DNA of 64,000 bases from positions 379,720 to 443,719 of the forward strand of contig JBFWNU010000006.1 of NCBI GenBank assembly GCA_050250895.1. Direction: 5' to 3'. Below, one piece after another: positions 45,939-55,244 of the stretch; position 1 is the first letter of the stretch, and each line of letters opens with the position of its first letter. Position numbers and translations under genes: made by a program. Under the pieces are notes generated by a model, which did not search any database, was not told where the DNA came from, and saw only the letters and a list, made by a program, of their open reading frames with translations. The stretch comes from Vulcanimicrobiota bacterium (GTDB taxonomy: Bacteria; Vulcanimicrobiota; Xenobia; Xenobiales; JADMJV01).

Positions 45939-45971
45939 ATGCAGGGGTTTTGACCCCTGCATTTGCATTTT
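45939..45971 (+). terminator. Intrinsic terminator after the small peptide
   Basis: ATGCAGGGGT-tttg-ACCCCTGCAT followed by ttgcatttt. Confidence 0.7.
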
Positions 45972-45983
45972 CAGGAGTCGAGT

Positions 45984-46532
45984 ATGGAAGAGCAGCAGGG
46001 CTGGGATGACCTCGCCAATGTCCTGGGACGAGCCCGAGACCGAGCCGAGGATGCCGATGATGACCCCGAAGGTCTGGATGTGCTGATGGCGGAGGGTCTC
46101 GGGGGGCTCGATCCTTTCGCCAAGGTCCCTATTGACCAGGCCGGTAACGTGGTCATGCTGCGTGAAGCGGTGGCCGGTGTTCGGGACGGGTCGCTGACCC
46201 TCGAAGATTATCAGGAGGCGGTGGAAGAGATCGCCCGCATGGCTCGCACTGGCGTGCAGTTGTTTGCCTCGGAGCCCCTCAAGCAACGCGTGGCCGAACT
46301 TCCCGAAGACCAGGCCGCCTTGATTTGGCAGACCGGCGAGCAGATCGCGCGACTCAAAGACGGCACCGAGAAGATGCTGGCCTACGTCGAAACCCAGAGC
46401 CAGGCTGACCTCGACGAGGGGTGGGCGATCACCGAGAAGGTGATGCTCGAACTCGACCAGCTTCAAGATCAGGCGATCGTCAAGGCACGGCAGTACCAGG
46501 CCGAGCATGTCGAAGAGGGTAACCCCGGCTAA
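45984..46532 (+). CDS. Acidic helical hypothetical protein
   Basis: ATG after AGGAG; 182 aa. Confidence 0.7.
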   Translation: MEEQQGWDDLANVLGRARDRAEDADDDPEGLDVLMAEGLGGLDPFAKVPIDQAGNVVMLREAVAGVRDGSLTLEDYQEAVEEIARMARTGVQLFASEPLKQRVAELPEDQAALIWQTGEQIARLKDGTEKMLAYVETQSQADLDEGWAITEKVMLELDQLQDQAIVKARQYQAEHVEEGNPG

Positions 46533-46540
46533 AAAAAGTT

Positions 46541-46580
46541 TTAGGCAAGCCTTGCAAAGTGACCAGGAAACCCTTAGAAT
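46541..46580 (+). promoter_or_regulatory. feo promoter with an overlapping DtxR/IdeR-like box
   Basis: TTGCAA-N17-TAGAAT; 19-bp TTAGGCAAG-C-CTTGCAAAG overlaps the -35. Confidence 0.6.
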
Positions 46581-46586
46581 CGGCGA

Positions 46587-46811
46587 GTGGAAAAGCTGTC
46601 TCAAATTGCTTTGCAAAAGTCCGTCCAGGTCATCAAAGTTGATGGTCAGGGTCCCTTGCTGCGCCGCCTGGTCGCTCTCGGTCTGAGGCCCGGCGCCGAG
46701 ATTTCGGTGGTCCGCCGCGCCCCCCTGGGAGATCCCATGGTGGTTCGCGTCTCGGGCACCACTCTTTCGATTCGTCACTCGGTGGCCGACGGAGTGCTGG
46801 TGCGCGGCTAA
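46587..46811 (+). CDS. feoA: Ferrous iron transport protein A
   Basis: RRLVALGLRPG...RRAPLGDP...LSIR. Confidence 0.92.
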   Translation: MEKLSQIALQKSVQVIKVDGQGPLLRRLVALGLRPGAEISVVRRAPLGDPMVVRVSGTTLSIRHSVADGVLVRG

Positions 46812-46812
46812 T

Positions 46813-48870
46813 ATGGGTCATCCCGCCTCGCTGCCAAAAGCCGAGGAACGGTTAGTGGTGGCGGTGGGCAATCCCAACGTTGGCAAGTCGACCCTGATCA
46901 ACGGCCTGTCCGGGGCCGATCTCGAGATCGGCAACTGGCCCGGCACGACCGTGGAGCGTATCTCGACCCAGTGCCGTCTCAACGATCGCGATGTCGCCCT
47001 GGTAGATCTACCCGGGGCTTACTCGCTGGCGGCCACGACCCCTGAAGAAGAAGTCACTCGTCGCGAGTTGCTCGAGGCCAGTCCCGACCTAGTCATTAAC
47101 GTGGTCGACGCTGGCAACCTCGAGCGCAATCTCTATCTGACCCTCGAACTGGCCGAGTTGGGCCTGCCCACCGTGGTGGTGCTCAATCTCGTCGACGAAG
47201 CTCGCAAGGCCGGACTGGTGGTCGACTCGAGCGCGCTCTCTGAGGCGCTCGGCATCCCGGTGGTGGAAACCGTGGCCAATCGGGGACTGGGCCTCGAGTT
47301 GGTTCACCAGCATCTCTGTCTTGATTGCCTGCCCAGCAGCGCTGCGGTCACCTATCCCGAGCCCATCGAGACCGTGCTCGAAGGGTTGACCGGTTCGCGC
47401 TGGGAGCGATTGGCGATTCTCTCGGAAGAACCTCGAGACGAAGCTGCGACCAGACTCCAGGAGCAGTTGCTCGGGGCCGGAATCGACCCCTTCTTGACGG
47501 TTGTCGAACGGCGATTTGAAGCCGCCCGCGAGATCGCCGGCCGCGTGACTCGACAAACGGCGGCCGTACGCACCCTCACCGATCGATTGGACGCCTTGAT
47601 CCTCCATCCGCTGTTGGGTCTGCCGGCCTTTCTGGTCTCGATGTTCTTGACTTTTCGGTTCACCTTTCTGTTTTCGGACCCCTGGATCGAATTCGTGGGC
47701 GTGATCCAGGGTGTGTTGGCGGGGTGGGTGGCCAGTCTTGGACTGCCAGAACTGATTCGCTCTTTTCTGGCCGAGGGTCTGATCGGAGGGCTGGGCACCC
47801 TGGTTTCGTTCGCCCCCGTGCTATTTTGCCTCTACCTGGGCATGAGCTTCTTGGAGAGTTCTGGCTTTCTAGCCCGAGCGGCTTGCCTGGCTGATCGCGT
47901 CATGCGAGGCGTAGGTCTGCCCGGTCGCGGCTTCATACCGTTGTTGTTAGGCTTCGGCTGCAACGTTCCCGCGGTCTACGCCACCCGGGCCCTGGAAGGA
48001 TTTTCCGAGCGTTTGCGGGTGGCCATGGCCATTCCCTTCATGGCTTGCAGCGCTCGCCTGGCCGTGTTCACGCTGTTTGCAGCCGTCTTCTTTCCCCGCA
48101 ATGGAGCGGTGGTGGTCTTCGGGCTCTATCTTGGAGGTCTGGCCGTAGGTCTGTTCACCTCCTGGTTGTTGCGGCGGGTGACGCCTGAGAGTCCCACCTC
48201 GGGCGTGATGGAGTTGCCGCCTTATCGCATGCCCACGGCCCGGGTGGTGGTGCGTCAGGCCTGGCTTCGCACCCTGAGCTTCGTCAAAGGGGCCTGGGGT
48301 ATGATCCTGGCTGCGGTGCTGGTGGTATGGCTGCTGTCGAGTTTGCCACCGGGAGACATGGCCAACAGTCTCTACGCCCGACTGGCCGGGGTGGTGGCTT
48401 ACGTGTGTGCTCCGCTGGGTTTCACCGACTGGAGACTGGTGGGGGCTTTGCTGCCTGGCTTTATTGCCAAGGAGGTCGTGGTGGGCGTGCTGGGCGTGAC
48501 CTACCTCGGCTCGGACCCGGCCGTGCCTCTGTCTTTGACGGCTGGACTCGAGCAGATGGGAACCGGGCTGTGGACCGCGATCATCGCCACCATTAATGCT
48601 GTGCCCGCGCTGTTTGGCCTGCCCAACTTCGTGCCCGAACCGACCGACGCTCCCAACGCGTTACAGGCCGCCCTTAGTCATTCGACCACGGCCGCCGGAG
48701 CGCTGGGTTATCTGGTCTTCGTGTTGCTCTATACCCCCTGTGTGGCCACCGTGGCCGCCATCCGTCAAGAGTTCGGCAAGAAGTGGGCCAACTTCTCGAT
48801 CGTTTATCAGTTGACCGTGGCCTACCTGATGGCGTTGGTGGTCTATCAGATTGCGCGGTGGTGGCTATGA
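46813..48870 (+). CDS. feoB: Ferrous iron transport protein B
   Basis: GNPNVGKS, GNWPGTTVE, DLPG, GFGCNVPA, CSARL, LYTPCVA. Confidence 0.96.
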   Translation: MGHPASLPKAEERLVVAVGNPNVGKSTLINGLSGADLEIGNWPGTTVERISTQCRLNDRDVALVDLPGAYSLAATTPEEEVTRRELLEASPDLVINVVDAGNLERNLYLTLELAELGLPTVVVLNLVDEARKAGLVVDSSALSEALGIPVVETVANRGLGLELVHQHLCLDCLPSSAAVTYPEPIETVLEGLTGSRWERLAILSEEPRDEAATRLQEQLLGAGIDPFLTVVERRFEAAREIAGRVTRQTAAVRTLTDRLDALILHPLLGLPAFLVSMFLTFRFTFLFSDPWIEFVGVIQGVLAGWVASLGLPELIRSFLAEGLIGGLGTLVSFAPVLFCLYLGMSFLESSGFLARAACLADRVMRGVGLPGRGFIPLLLGFGCNVPAVYATRALEGFSERLRVAMAIPFMACSARLAVFTLFAAVFFPRNGAVVVFGLYLGGLAVGLFTSWLLRRVTPESPTSGVMELPPYRMPTARVVVRQAWLRTLSFVKGAWGMILAAVLVVWLLSSLPPGDMANSLYARLAGVVAYVCAPLGFTDWRLVGALLPGFIAKEVVVGVLGVTYLGSDPAVPLSLTAGLEQMGTGLWTAIIATINAVPALFGLPNFVPEPTDAPNALQAALSHSTTAAGALGYLVFVLLYTPCVATVAAIRQEFGKKWANFSIVYQLTVAYLMALVVYQIARWWL

Positions 48871-49151
48871 TCTCTCGTTTGCTCAAGTCGCTGGCGCGCC
48901 CCATGACCACCGATGAGCTGGCCAGCGAACTATCCACCGACAAAGCCAGCCTCGAACCTCTGCTGGCCTTGCTAGAGGCTCGGGGCTATGTGGGTCAGGC
49001 CTATGACGACTCGCCTGCCTGCGGCACCGGCTGTGGGGCTTGCTCGATGCGCTCGTTTTGTCCGGCCGAAGGCTCAGAGGCGCCGTTTCTGCCGGTTTGG
49101 CGGGTGACCCACAAGGGCCGGGCCGCCATGAGCTTGCAGCAGCAGGTCTGA
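48867..49151 (+). CDS. feoC: FeoC-like winged-helix protein with a Cys cluster
   Basis: HTH-like N-terminus, CGTGCGAC...C; ATGA overlap with feoB. Confidence 0.75.
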   Translation: MISRLLKSLARPMTTDELASELSTDKASLEPLLALLEARGYVGQAYDDSPACGTGCGACSMRSFCPAEGSEAPFLPVWRVTHKGRAAMSLQQQV

Positions 49152-49177
49152 GCAGCAGTTCGAGCCAAGCTATACGG

Positions 49178-49792
49178 ATGGGGTATTCGCTGCCCGATAC
49201 ACATCTGTTGCACCAGCGCCTCAAAGCGCATCAACCTGCCAGTGTCGACCGGAATGGGCGCAGGCAGGCCGGAGTGCTGGTGCCGGTGCTGGCCTGTGCC
49301 GGCGACTATCAGGTGGTATTTATTCGTCGCTCGGCCCATCTTCGCCGCCACGCCGGTCAAATCGCCTTTCCTGGTGGGGTCCACGAGCCGCAGGATGCCG
49401 ACCTTTTAGCCACCGCCCTGCGCGAGGGTCACGAAGAGGTCGGACTCGAGCCTCGTTCGGTCACGGTGCTGGGGCAACTCGATGAAGTCTGGACCCCTAC
49501 CGGCTATACCTTGACTCCCTACGTGGGATTGCTCCAGACCACCCCGGACCGGCCCGACCGAACCGAAGTGGAAGAGATCCTGGTGGTGCAGGTCGAGCGC
49601 CTGATGGTTCCGGGAGTATTTCGCTATCAGGAGATCGAGCGGGGTGGCATCGTCTACCGGCTGGTCTTCTTCGATTTACCAGAGTGCACCATCTGGGGGG
49701 CTACCGGGCGGGTCTTGCAACGCTTTCTAGAGATCGGGCTGGGCTGGTCCGCCCCGGTCGCGAACGATTGGGAGTCAGGCCCTCATGACTGA
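49178..49792 (+). CDS. Nudix hydrolase, CoA pyrophosphatase type
   Basis: RRSAHLRRHAGQIAFPGG, ALREGHEEVG, IWGATG. Confidence 0.9.
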   Translation: MGYSLPDTHLLHQRLKAHQPASVDRNGRRQAGVLVPVLACAGDYQVVFIRRSAHLRRHAGQIAFPGGVHEPQDADLLATALREGHEEVGLEPRSVTVLGQLDEVWTPTGYTLTPYVGLLQTTPDRPDRTEVEEILVVQVERLMVPGVFRYQEIERGGIVYRLVFFDLPECTIWGATGRVLQRFLEIGLGWSAPVANDWESGPHD

Positions 49793-51260
49793 ACCCGAAC
49801 CTCAGCTTCCCCAGCTCGAGTTGTTGCGCCGCCAGTTGCGCAGCCCCAGTCGCGGCACCGGCTATCGAGCTGCTGACGAACTGGTGCGCAGCGGCCCCGA
49901 AGGCGTCGAGATGATCAAGAGAGCCCTCGAGTCGCGTGATCGCAATGTGCGTGTCCACGCGGCCTGGGCCGTCCGGCTGTTGGATTCACCCTGGGCTTTG
50001 CGCCAGTTGATCGCGCTCTTGCGCGACGACCGCGAATTTTATCTGCCCCTCCAACAGGCGCTGCCGGCCGAGCCCGCTGCCGACGTGCTCGAGCCGTTGC
50101 TCAAGGCAGCCGCCGACCCCAAGAACCGCAACCGCAAGTTCCACGTGATGTTACTCGGAGACGTGATCGGTGAAGGGGTGCTCGACGCTCTTTTGGCGGC
50201 TTTGCAGAGCGATGATCAGATGCTGCAAGAGGGAGCCTTTCTGGCCTTCAAACACGCCGGCCAATGGCTGCGCGAACAAGCCGGCCGGCCTCTGGTGCAG
50301 GCCCTCTCGGTGAGGCTGCCACTACCGCTGCGGCTTTCCTGGTCCTGGACCAAAAAGACCCGGGCTCGGCAAAGCGCCCCGCTGGCACTGATCGCGGCCG
50401 TCGGCATGGTGTCGGGCTCGGACGGCGTCGGGGTGCTGACCGAGATCCTCCGCTCCGAGGCCCACCTGGATTACCGGTTGGCCAGCATCTCGGGCATGGT
50501 GACGGTGGGGGAGGAGGCTGTGGGCAGGTGCTGGCAACCTCTCCTTTCCGTAGCCGAAGAACCGGTGGACGATGCCCTCACCGCGGCCGCCGCCGAGGCC
50601 CTTCGCCGCATGCGGGTCACCGACGCCGAGAGCCGGCTGTTGGCCCTGCTCGAATCGGGCAAAGCCTTCCTGCGGCGCAATGCCGCGCATGCCCTCGAGG
50701 GTTGCCTGACCCCAGCCAGCCTGGAAAGCTTACAGAAGGCCATGGGCGACCCTGATCCTCACGTGCGTCGCACGGTAGCCCGCACTCTGGGCCGGCTGCC
50801 CGAGTCGTCACCGCGACTGCTCGAGGCTCTGTCTGATCCTGATCGCTGGGTTGGCTGGAACGCCGCCTGGGCGCTGGGCCGGCATCAATTGCCCGAACTG
50901 GTTCCGGCCCTGCTCGACGGCCTCAACAGCCCGGATAAGCGCCGTCGACGCAACAGCGCCGAGGCTCTGGGTCAGCTGCGCATCTCGAGTCCTGAAGTGA
51001 TCGAGAGTCTGGTAGCCGTGCTCGAAGAGCGTTCCAGCTATGTGCCGCGCTCGGCCGCCTGGGCGCTCCGTTGCCTGGATCTGGCCGAGGCCATTCACTA
51101 CGCCTGCCAACTGCTCGATTCGCCCGATCCCCGGCGGCGCCGCCTGGGCCAGCGGTCGGTCCGCTGGCTGCGACCGGAACGAGCCTCTTACACCCCCCAT
51201 CTGCCGGTGCGGTCTTCACGCCTGAGCGGGGTGGTGTTCTCGCCCGAGGAGTCGCGATGA
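49785..51260 (+). CDS. HEAT/PBS-lyase repeat protein
   Basis: Repeated DPDxxVRxxAAxALG units. Confidence 0.85.
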   Translation: MTEPEPQLPQLELLRRQLRSPSRGTGYRAADELVRSGPEGVEMIKRALESRDRNVRVHAAWAVRLLDSPWALRQLIALLRDDREFYLPLQQALPAEPAADVLEPLLKAAADPKNRNRKFHVMLLGDVIGEGVLDALLAALQSDDQMLQEGAFLAFKHAGQWLREQAGRPLVQALSVRLPLPLRLSWSWTKKTRARQSAPLALIAAVGMVSGSDGVGVLTEILRSEAHLDYRLASISGMVTVGEEAVGRCWQPLLSVAEEPVDDALTAAAAEALRRMRVTDAESRLLALLESGKAFLRRNAAHALEGCLTPASLESLQKAMGDPDPHVRRTVARTLGRLPESSPRLLEALSDPDRWVGWNAAWALGRHQLPELVPALLDGLNSPDKRRRRNSAEALGQLRISSPEVIESLVAVLEERSSYVPRSAAWALRCLDLAEAIHYACQLLDSPDPRRRRLGQRSVRWLRPERASYTPHLPVRSSRLSGVVFSPEESR

Positions 51261-52168
51261 TCACCTGCCTGGCCGGAGGGGTCGGCGGGGCGCGCCTGGC
51301 CGATGGTTTTCATCGAACCGACCAGCCGCTCTCGGTGGTAGTCAATACCGGAGACGATTTCGTACTCCACGGCCTGACCATCTGCCCCGACATCGACACC
51401 GTGCTCTACACCCTGGCGGGGCTGTCGGACCCTCAGCGAGGCTGGGGGTTGGCCGGCGACAGCGACCGCTGTATGCAGTTTCTTGACAAGCTGGGGGGAG
51501 AGACCTGGTTTCACCTGGGCGATCTGGATCTGGCCACCCATCTCTTTCGCACTCAGGCCCTTTCCACGGCGAATCTGACCGAGGTGACCCAAAGACTGGC
51601 CGACAGTCTGGGCGTTCGGGCCCACATCTTGCCGATGAGCGACCAGCCCGTCCGAACCCGCGTGCGCACCCAGGCTGGGTGGCTCGACTTTCAAGATTAC
51701 TTCGTGCGCCGGGCCCATCGCGACCAGGTTCTGGAATTGGCCTTTGCCGGGCTCGAAGAGGCCCGGCCGACCGAGGCCGTATTGCAGGCGATCGCCACCG
51801 CTGACAAGCTGGTGATCTGCCCGTCCAACCCGTTCTTGAGCGTGGAGCCGATCCTTTCGCTTCCCGGTGTGCGCCAGGCCTGGAGCACGGCTTCGGCGCC
51901 CAAGTTGGCGGTCAGTCCCATCCTGGGCGGTCAGGCCGTCAAAGGGCCGGCGGCCGAGATGCTGGCCAGCCTCGGCCATGCGGTCTCGAGTTTGGGTATC
52001 GCCCGCCTCTATGCCGGATTGGTCGATATCCTGGTCCTCGACGAGTGTGACCGTGAACTGGTGCCGGCGGTCGAAGCCCTGGGCCTGCGAGCGGTGGTTT
52101 GTCCAACCTTGATGAAGTCGCCGGCCGACCGCGAGCTTCTGGCCAACCACCTGTTGAGCATTCTTTAA
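51257..52168 (+). CDS. cofD: 2-phospho-L-lactate transferase (F420 biosynthesis)
   Basis: LAGGVGGA, VNTGDD, CPDIDTVLY, WFHLGDLD, FQDYFV, PSNP, KGPA. Confidence 0.93.
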   Translation: MITCLAGGVGGARLADGFHRTDQPLSVVVNTGDDFVLHGLTICPDIDTVLYTLAGLSDPQRGWGLAGDSDRCMQFLDKLGGETWFHLGDLDLATHLFRTQALSTANLTEVTQRLADSLGVRAHILPMSDQPVRTRVRTQAGWLDFQDYFVRRAHRDQVLELAFAGLEEARPTEAVLQAIATADKLVICPSNPFLSVEPILSLPGVRQAWSTASAPKLAVSPILGGQAVKGPAAEMLASLGHAVSSLGIARLYAGLVDILVLDECDRELVPAVEALGLRAVVCPTLMKSPADRELLANHLLSIL

Positions 52169-52234
52169 GCCGGCCGGGTTAGGTTAGGAGTCGGTCCGGC
52201 CTGCCTCTCTCCAACTTGATTTCTGGAGACTTCG

Positions 52235-52780
52235 ATGCTGATAATCAACGCACGCCCGACTGCCGTTCGGGCCAATTCCGCCCCCCAACCCGCCCCCGAA
52301 CAACCCCGGGAACGGCCCGATGTGGTGGACGCCTTCGCTCGCGGGGCCACCGGCGGTGGCAACCTGGCCAACTCGCTGATCGGGGCCTGGAACGGTGGAC
52401 TGGTCGGTCTGGTAGGCGGAGCCGCCGCGGGCGCCGGCAGTAGCGTATACGCGGCCGTGACCAACGCCTCGAGCTTGAACTGGGACACCGCCCTGAGCAC
52501 CCTGGGACGGGCCGGAGTGTGGGCTGGCGTCGGCGGTGTGGCCGGCGCCGTGGTGGGCGGCTATGTGCTCAACAAAGTGGGAGATTTCGCCGGCAATTTG
52601 TGTGCCGACATCTGCGCCAAGAACAATTTGCCGGCCGAGGTTGGGCGGGCGGTGGGAACGGTGGGCACGGGCGTCGCTGTGGGCGCGCTGGTGGGCCTGG
52701 GTGTGGCCGGCTACAGCGGAGCGACGGTCGCTCTGGTAGCCGGTGGCGTCGGTGGGGCCCTGGGCGCTTTGCGCCGCTAA
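52235..52780 (+). CDS. Glycine-zipper hydrophobic protein
   Basis: P/A/Q-rich N-terminus, then serial GxxxG helices; RBS GGAGA. Confidence 0.75.
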   Translation: MLIINARPTAVRANSAPQPAPEQPRERPDVVDAFARGATGGGNLANSLIGAWNGGLVGLVGGAAAGAGSSVYAAVTNASSLNWDTALSTLGRAGVWAGVGGVAGAVVGGYVLNKVGDFAGNLCADICAKNNLPAEVGRAVGTVGTGVAVGALVGLGVAGYSGATVALVAGGVGGALGALRR

Positions 52781-53463
52781 AGCCACTTCACCAGAGCCTG
52801 GCGCAAGGCCGGGGCCAGCCGCTCCGGCCGGGTGGCCAGCCAGTGGCAGGGAAAGACATGCTCGAAAGGCAGGCCTGCGGCTCGCCGATAGGTGGCGGGC
52901 AGCAGCTCGGCCTCGCTATTGAAGAAGAACGGCGGCCGCGAGGCCTGGCCCAGATAGCAAGCGTACAGGTCTCCGGCCAGCAGCAGCCGATGCCGGCGGC
53001 TATAGAAGCCGCAGTGGCCCAGGGTGTGGCCCGGCAGGTGGATCACTTCCAGGCCACCCCAAAGGGGCAGCTCTTGTGCGTCTTTTAGCGGTTCATCGAT
53101 GGTGGCCGGTTGATAACCCTCCCACCACGCGGCCAGAGCCTCCACCCATCCACAGAGCCGGGACGAACCCCGATAAGGATAAACCTGGTCGATGTGAGCT
53201 TGCTCGGCCGGATGAGCGTAGACGGGCGCTCCATACCGCTGTTTTAGCCAGTAGACATTGCCGGCATGGTCGATGTGACCGTGGGTGAGCAGGATCGCCT
53301 CGAGTCGCCTGCCCTCGAGCCCGGCCTCTATTTCGGGCCGTTGACCGGCCAGCCCGGTGTCGATGAGCACTGCCCGGTCGCGGTCGAGGGCCAGGTAACC
53401 GCGAACCAGACCATGGCCGAAATAGGCCAGACGATAGTTTCCACTCTCGAAGACCGTCTTCAC
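52777..53463 (-). CDS. Metallo-beta-lactamase-fold hydrolase
   Basis: IDTG, THGHIDHAG, PGHT, AGD, PCH. Confidence 0.9.
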   Translation of the reverse strand: MKTVFESGNYRLAYFGHGLVRGYLALDRDRAVLIDTGLAGQRPEIEAGLEGRRLEAILLTHGHIDHAGNVYWLKQRYGAPVYAHPAEQAHIDQVYPYRGSSRLCGWVEALAAWWEGYQPATIDEPLKDAQELPLWGGLEVIHLPGHTLGHCGFYSRRHRLLLAGDLYACYLGQASRPPFFFNSEAELLPATYRRAAGLPFEHVFPCHWLATRPERLAPALRQALVKWL

Positions 53464-53559
53464 GCCTGGGGCTTCGCATCAAAGTTGGCTGGGTCATTCT
53501 TAACAAGTCGGCAACTCTCTGGACCTGACCGATAGCTTACACCCTTGTCTGGAGGGAAC

Positions 53560-53892
53560 ATGCAGATTTCTAACTTTACTCAGCCACGCCAGGCCGCCCG
53601 GCCGCTGGCCACGCCCACCCAGTCCGAGCCGCCGGCTCCCAAAGAGTCCTACATTCCCCACGTCGCCGCTGGCGTGGTCGGGGTCGGCACCGGCTATCTG
53701 GGCGCCCACGTCGGAGCAGCCGCCGGAATGCAGCTAGGCATTCTGCTCACCCGGCCCGAGAGCGGCCTGGGCGACCTGCTCACCAACATGGTGCGCGGAG
53801 CTCAAATCGGCCTGGTGGTAGGTGCCGTCGCCTTCGCCGTGGCCGGTGGAGCGCTGGCCTACATCGCCGCCGACGAGCTACTCAAGAATTAG
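53560..53892 (+). CDS. Small glycine-zipper two-TM protein
   Basis: RBS GGAGGG; MQISNFTQPRQ... followed by two Gly-rich hydrophobic helices. Confidence 0.75.
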   Translation: MQISNFTQPRQAARPLATPTQSEPPAPKESYIPHVAAGVVGVGTGYLGAHVGAAAGMQLGILLTRPESGLGDLLTNMVRGAQIGLVVGAVAFAVAGGALAYIAADELLKN

Positions 53893-53937
53893 CCGCTAGA
53901 GGGATTTCGCCGGGGCCAGGCAAACCGTTACGGCATC

Positions 53938-54516
53938 GTGACTGCAACTCCCAAGGTGGCGGCGATCGTGCCGCTCAATCGGCTCGACCGAGCCAAGACG
54001 CGGCTGGCCGAAGTGCCCCACCGGGTCGAACTGACCTTGAGCCTGGCCCGGGGGGTGTTGAGGGCCCTGGCCCACAGTTGCGTTGGCGAAGTGGCTCTGG
54101 TGAGTCCCCAGGCCGACCTGTCGTGTCTTGCCGACGAGGTCGGCTTTCACTTTCTTCTGCAGACCGACGACGGCCTCAATCAGGGCCTCGAGTTGGGCCG
54201 TCGGTGGGCGATCGAGAGCCAGGCCGACGCCTTGCTGGTGGTGCTTGCCGATTTGCCCCTTTTGACCGGGCCCGACCTCGACGCGATCGTGTCCGCGCTC
54301 GAGCAAACGCCGGTAGTGCTGGCCCCCGACCAGGACGAACTGGGCACCAACCTCATGGCCTTTCGACCCCTGGATCGAATCCGTTTTGAATATGGCCACG
54401 GTAGCTTTGCGCGCCACCTGGCCCAGGCCGGGGTCAATTATACCGTGGTGCGGCGCCCGGGCACTCGTCAAGACCTCGACACCCCCGCCCACCTGGAGAG
54501 CCTTTCTTGGGCCTGA
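53938..54516 (+). CDS. cofC: 2-phospho-L-lactate/PEP guanylyltransferase (F420 biosynthesis)
   Basis: VPL..AKTRLA, GLN, ADLP, APD..GTN, YGHGSFARH, DLDTP. Confidence 0.9.
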   Translation: MTATPKVAAIVPLNRLDRAKTRLAEVPHRVELTLSLARGVLRALAHSCVGEVALVSPQADLSCLADEVGFHFLLQTDDGLNQGLELGRRWAIESQADALLVVLADLPLLTGPDLDAIVSALEQTPVVLAPDQDELGTNLMAFRPLDRIRFEYGHGSFARHLAQAGVNYTVVRRPGTRQDLDTPAHLESLSWA

Positions 54517-55244
54517 GCGTCTTGCCCCTACGCGGGTTTCCTGAGGTGCGACCCGGCGATGATCTGGTCCACCTGCTGCTGGGCTCTGGCTTTGACTATC
54601 AGCCCGACGATGTCGCGGTGGTCACCCAAAAGATCGTCAGCAAGGCCGAGGGTCGGCTGGTGCGCCTCGACACGGTAACACCGCGGCCCGAGGCGATCGA
54701 GTTTGCCACCCGTTATGATAAAGACCCACGTCAGGTCGAACTGGTCCTGGCCGAGAGCCTCGAGGTGCTCCGCATGGAGCGGGGGATCATCATCTCGCGC
54801 ACCCGCCAGGGTTATGTCTGCGCCAACGCAGGCCTGGACATGTCCAACTGTGACGGTGGCGACACCGCCTGTCTTTTGCCTCTGGACTGCGATGCCTCGG
54901 CCCGGGCTTTGCAGTCCGGACTGAGCCAGGGGCTGGGCTTTGAGGTGGGCGTGATTATCTCCGACTCTTTTGGCCGTCCATGGCGCAACGGCATCGTCAA
55001 TGTAGCCCTGGGGGTGGCCGGCATGGCCGCTTGCCGCGACTACCGAGGGCTGACCGATCCTGCGGGGCTGGAGCTAAAAGCCAGCATCATGGCCACCGCC
55101 GACATGCTGGCTTCGGCGGCCGAACTGGTCATGGGGAAGACCGACGCCGTGCCCGTGGCCATCGTGCGCGGGATGGGTCCCCTTGGCTCGTCTGGGAGCG
55201 GCGCGGAACTGGTGCGTCCTCGCCACGAGTTTCTTTTCGACTAA
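54507..55244 (+). CDS. cofE: Coenzyme F420-0:L-glutamate ligase, single domain
   Basis: PEVRPGDDL, QKIVSKAEGR, ANAGLDMSN, DSFGRPWR, AAELVMGK. Confidence 0.93.
   Translation: MGLSVLPLRGFPEVRPGDDLVHLLLGSGFDYQPDDVAVVTQKIVSKAEGRLVRLDTVTPRPEAIEFATRYDKDPRQVELVLAESLEVLRMERGIIISRTRQGYVCANAGLDMSNCDGGDTACLLPLDCDASARALQSGLSQGLGFEVGVIISDSFGRPWRNGIVNVALGVAGMAACRDYRGLTDPAGLELKASIMATADMLASAAELVMGKTDAVPVAIVRGMGPLGSSGSGAELVRPRHEFLFD

Noticed and set aside
49178-49792. Nudix gene as the NrtR regulator for the 19245 operator
   Set aside because: It has the CoA-pyrophosphatase motif and no C-terminal winged helix.
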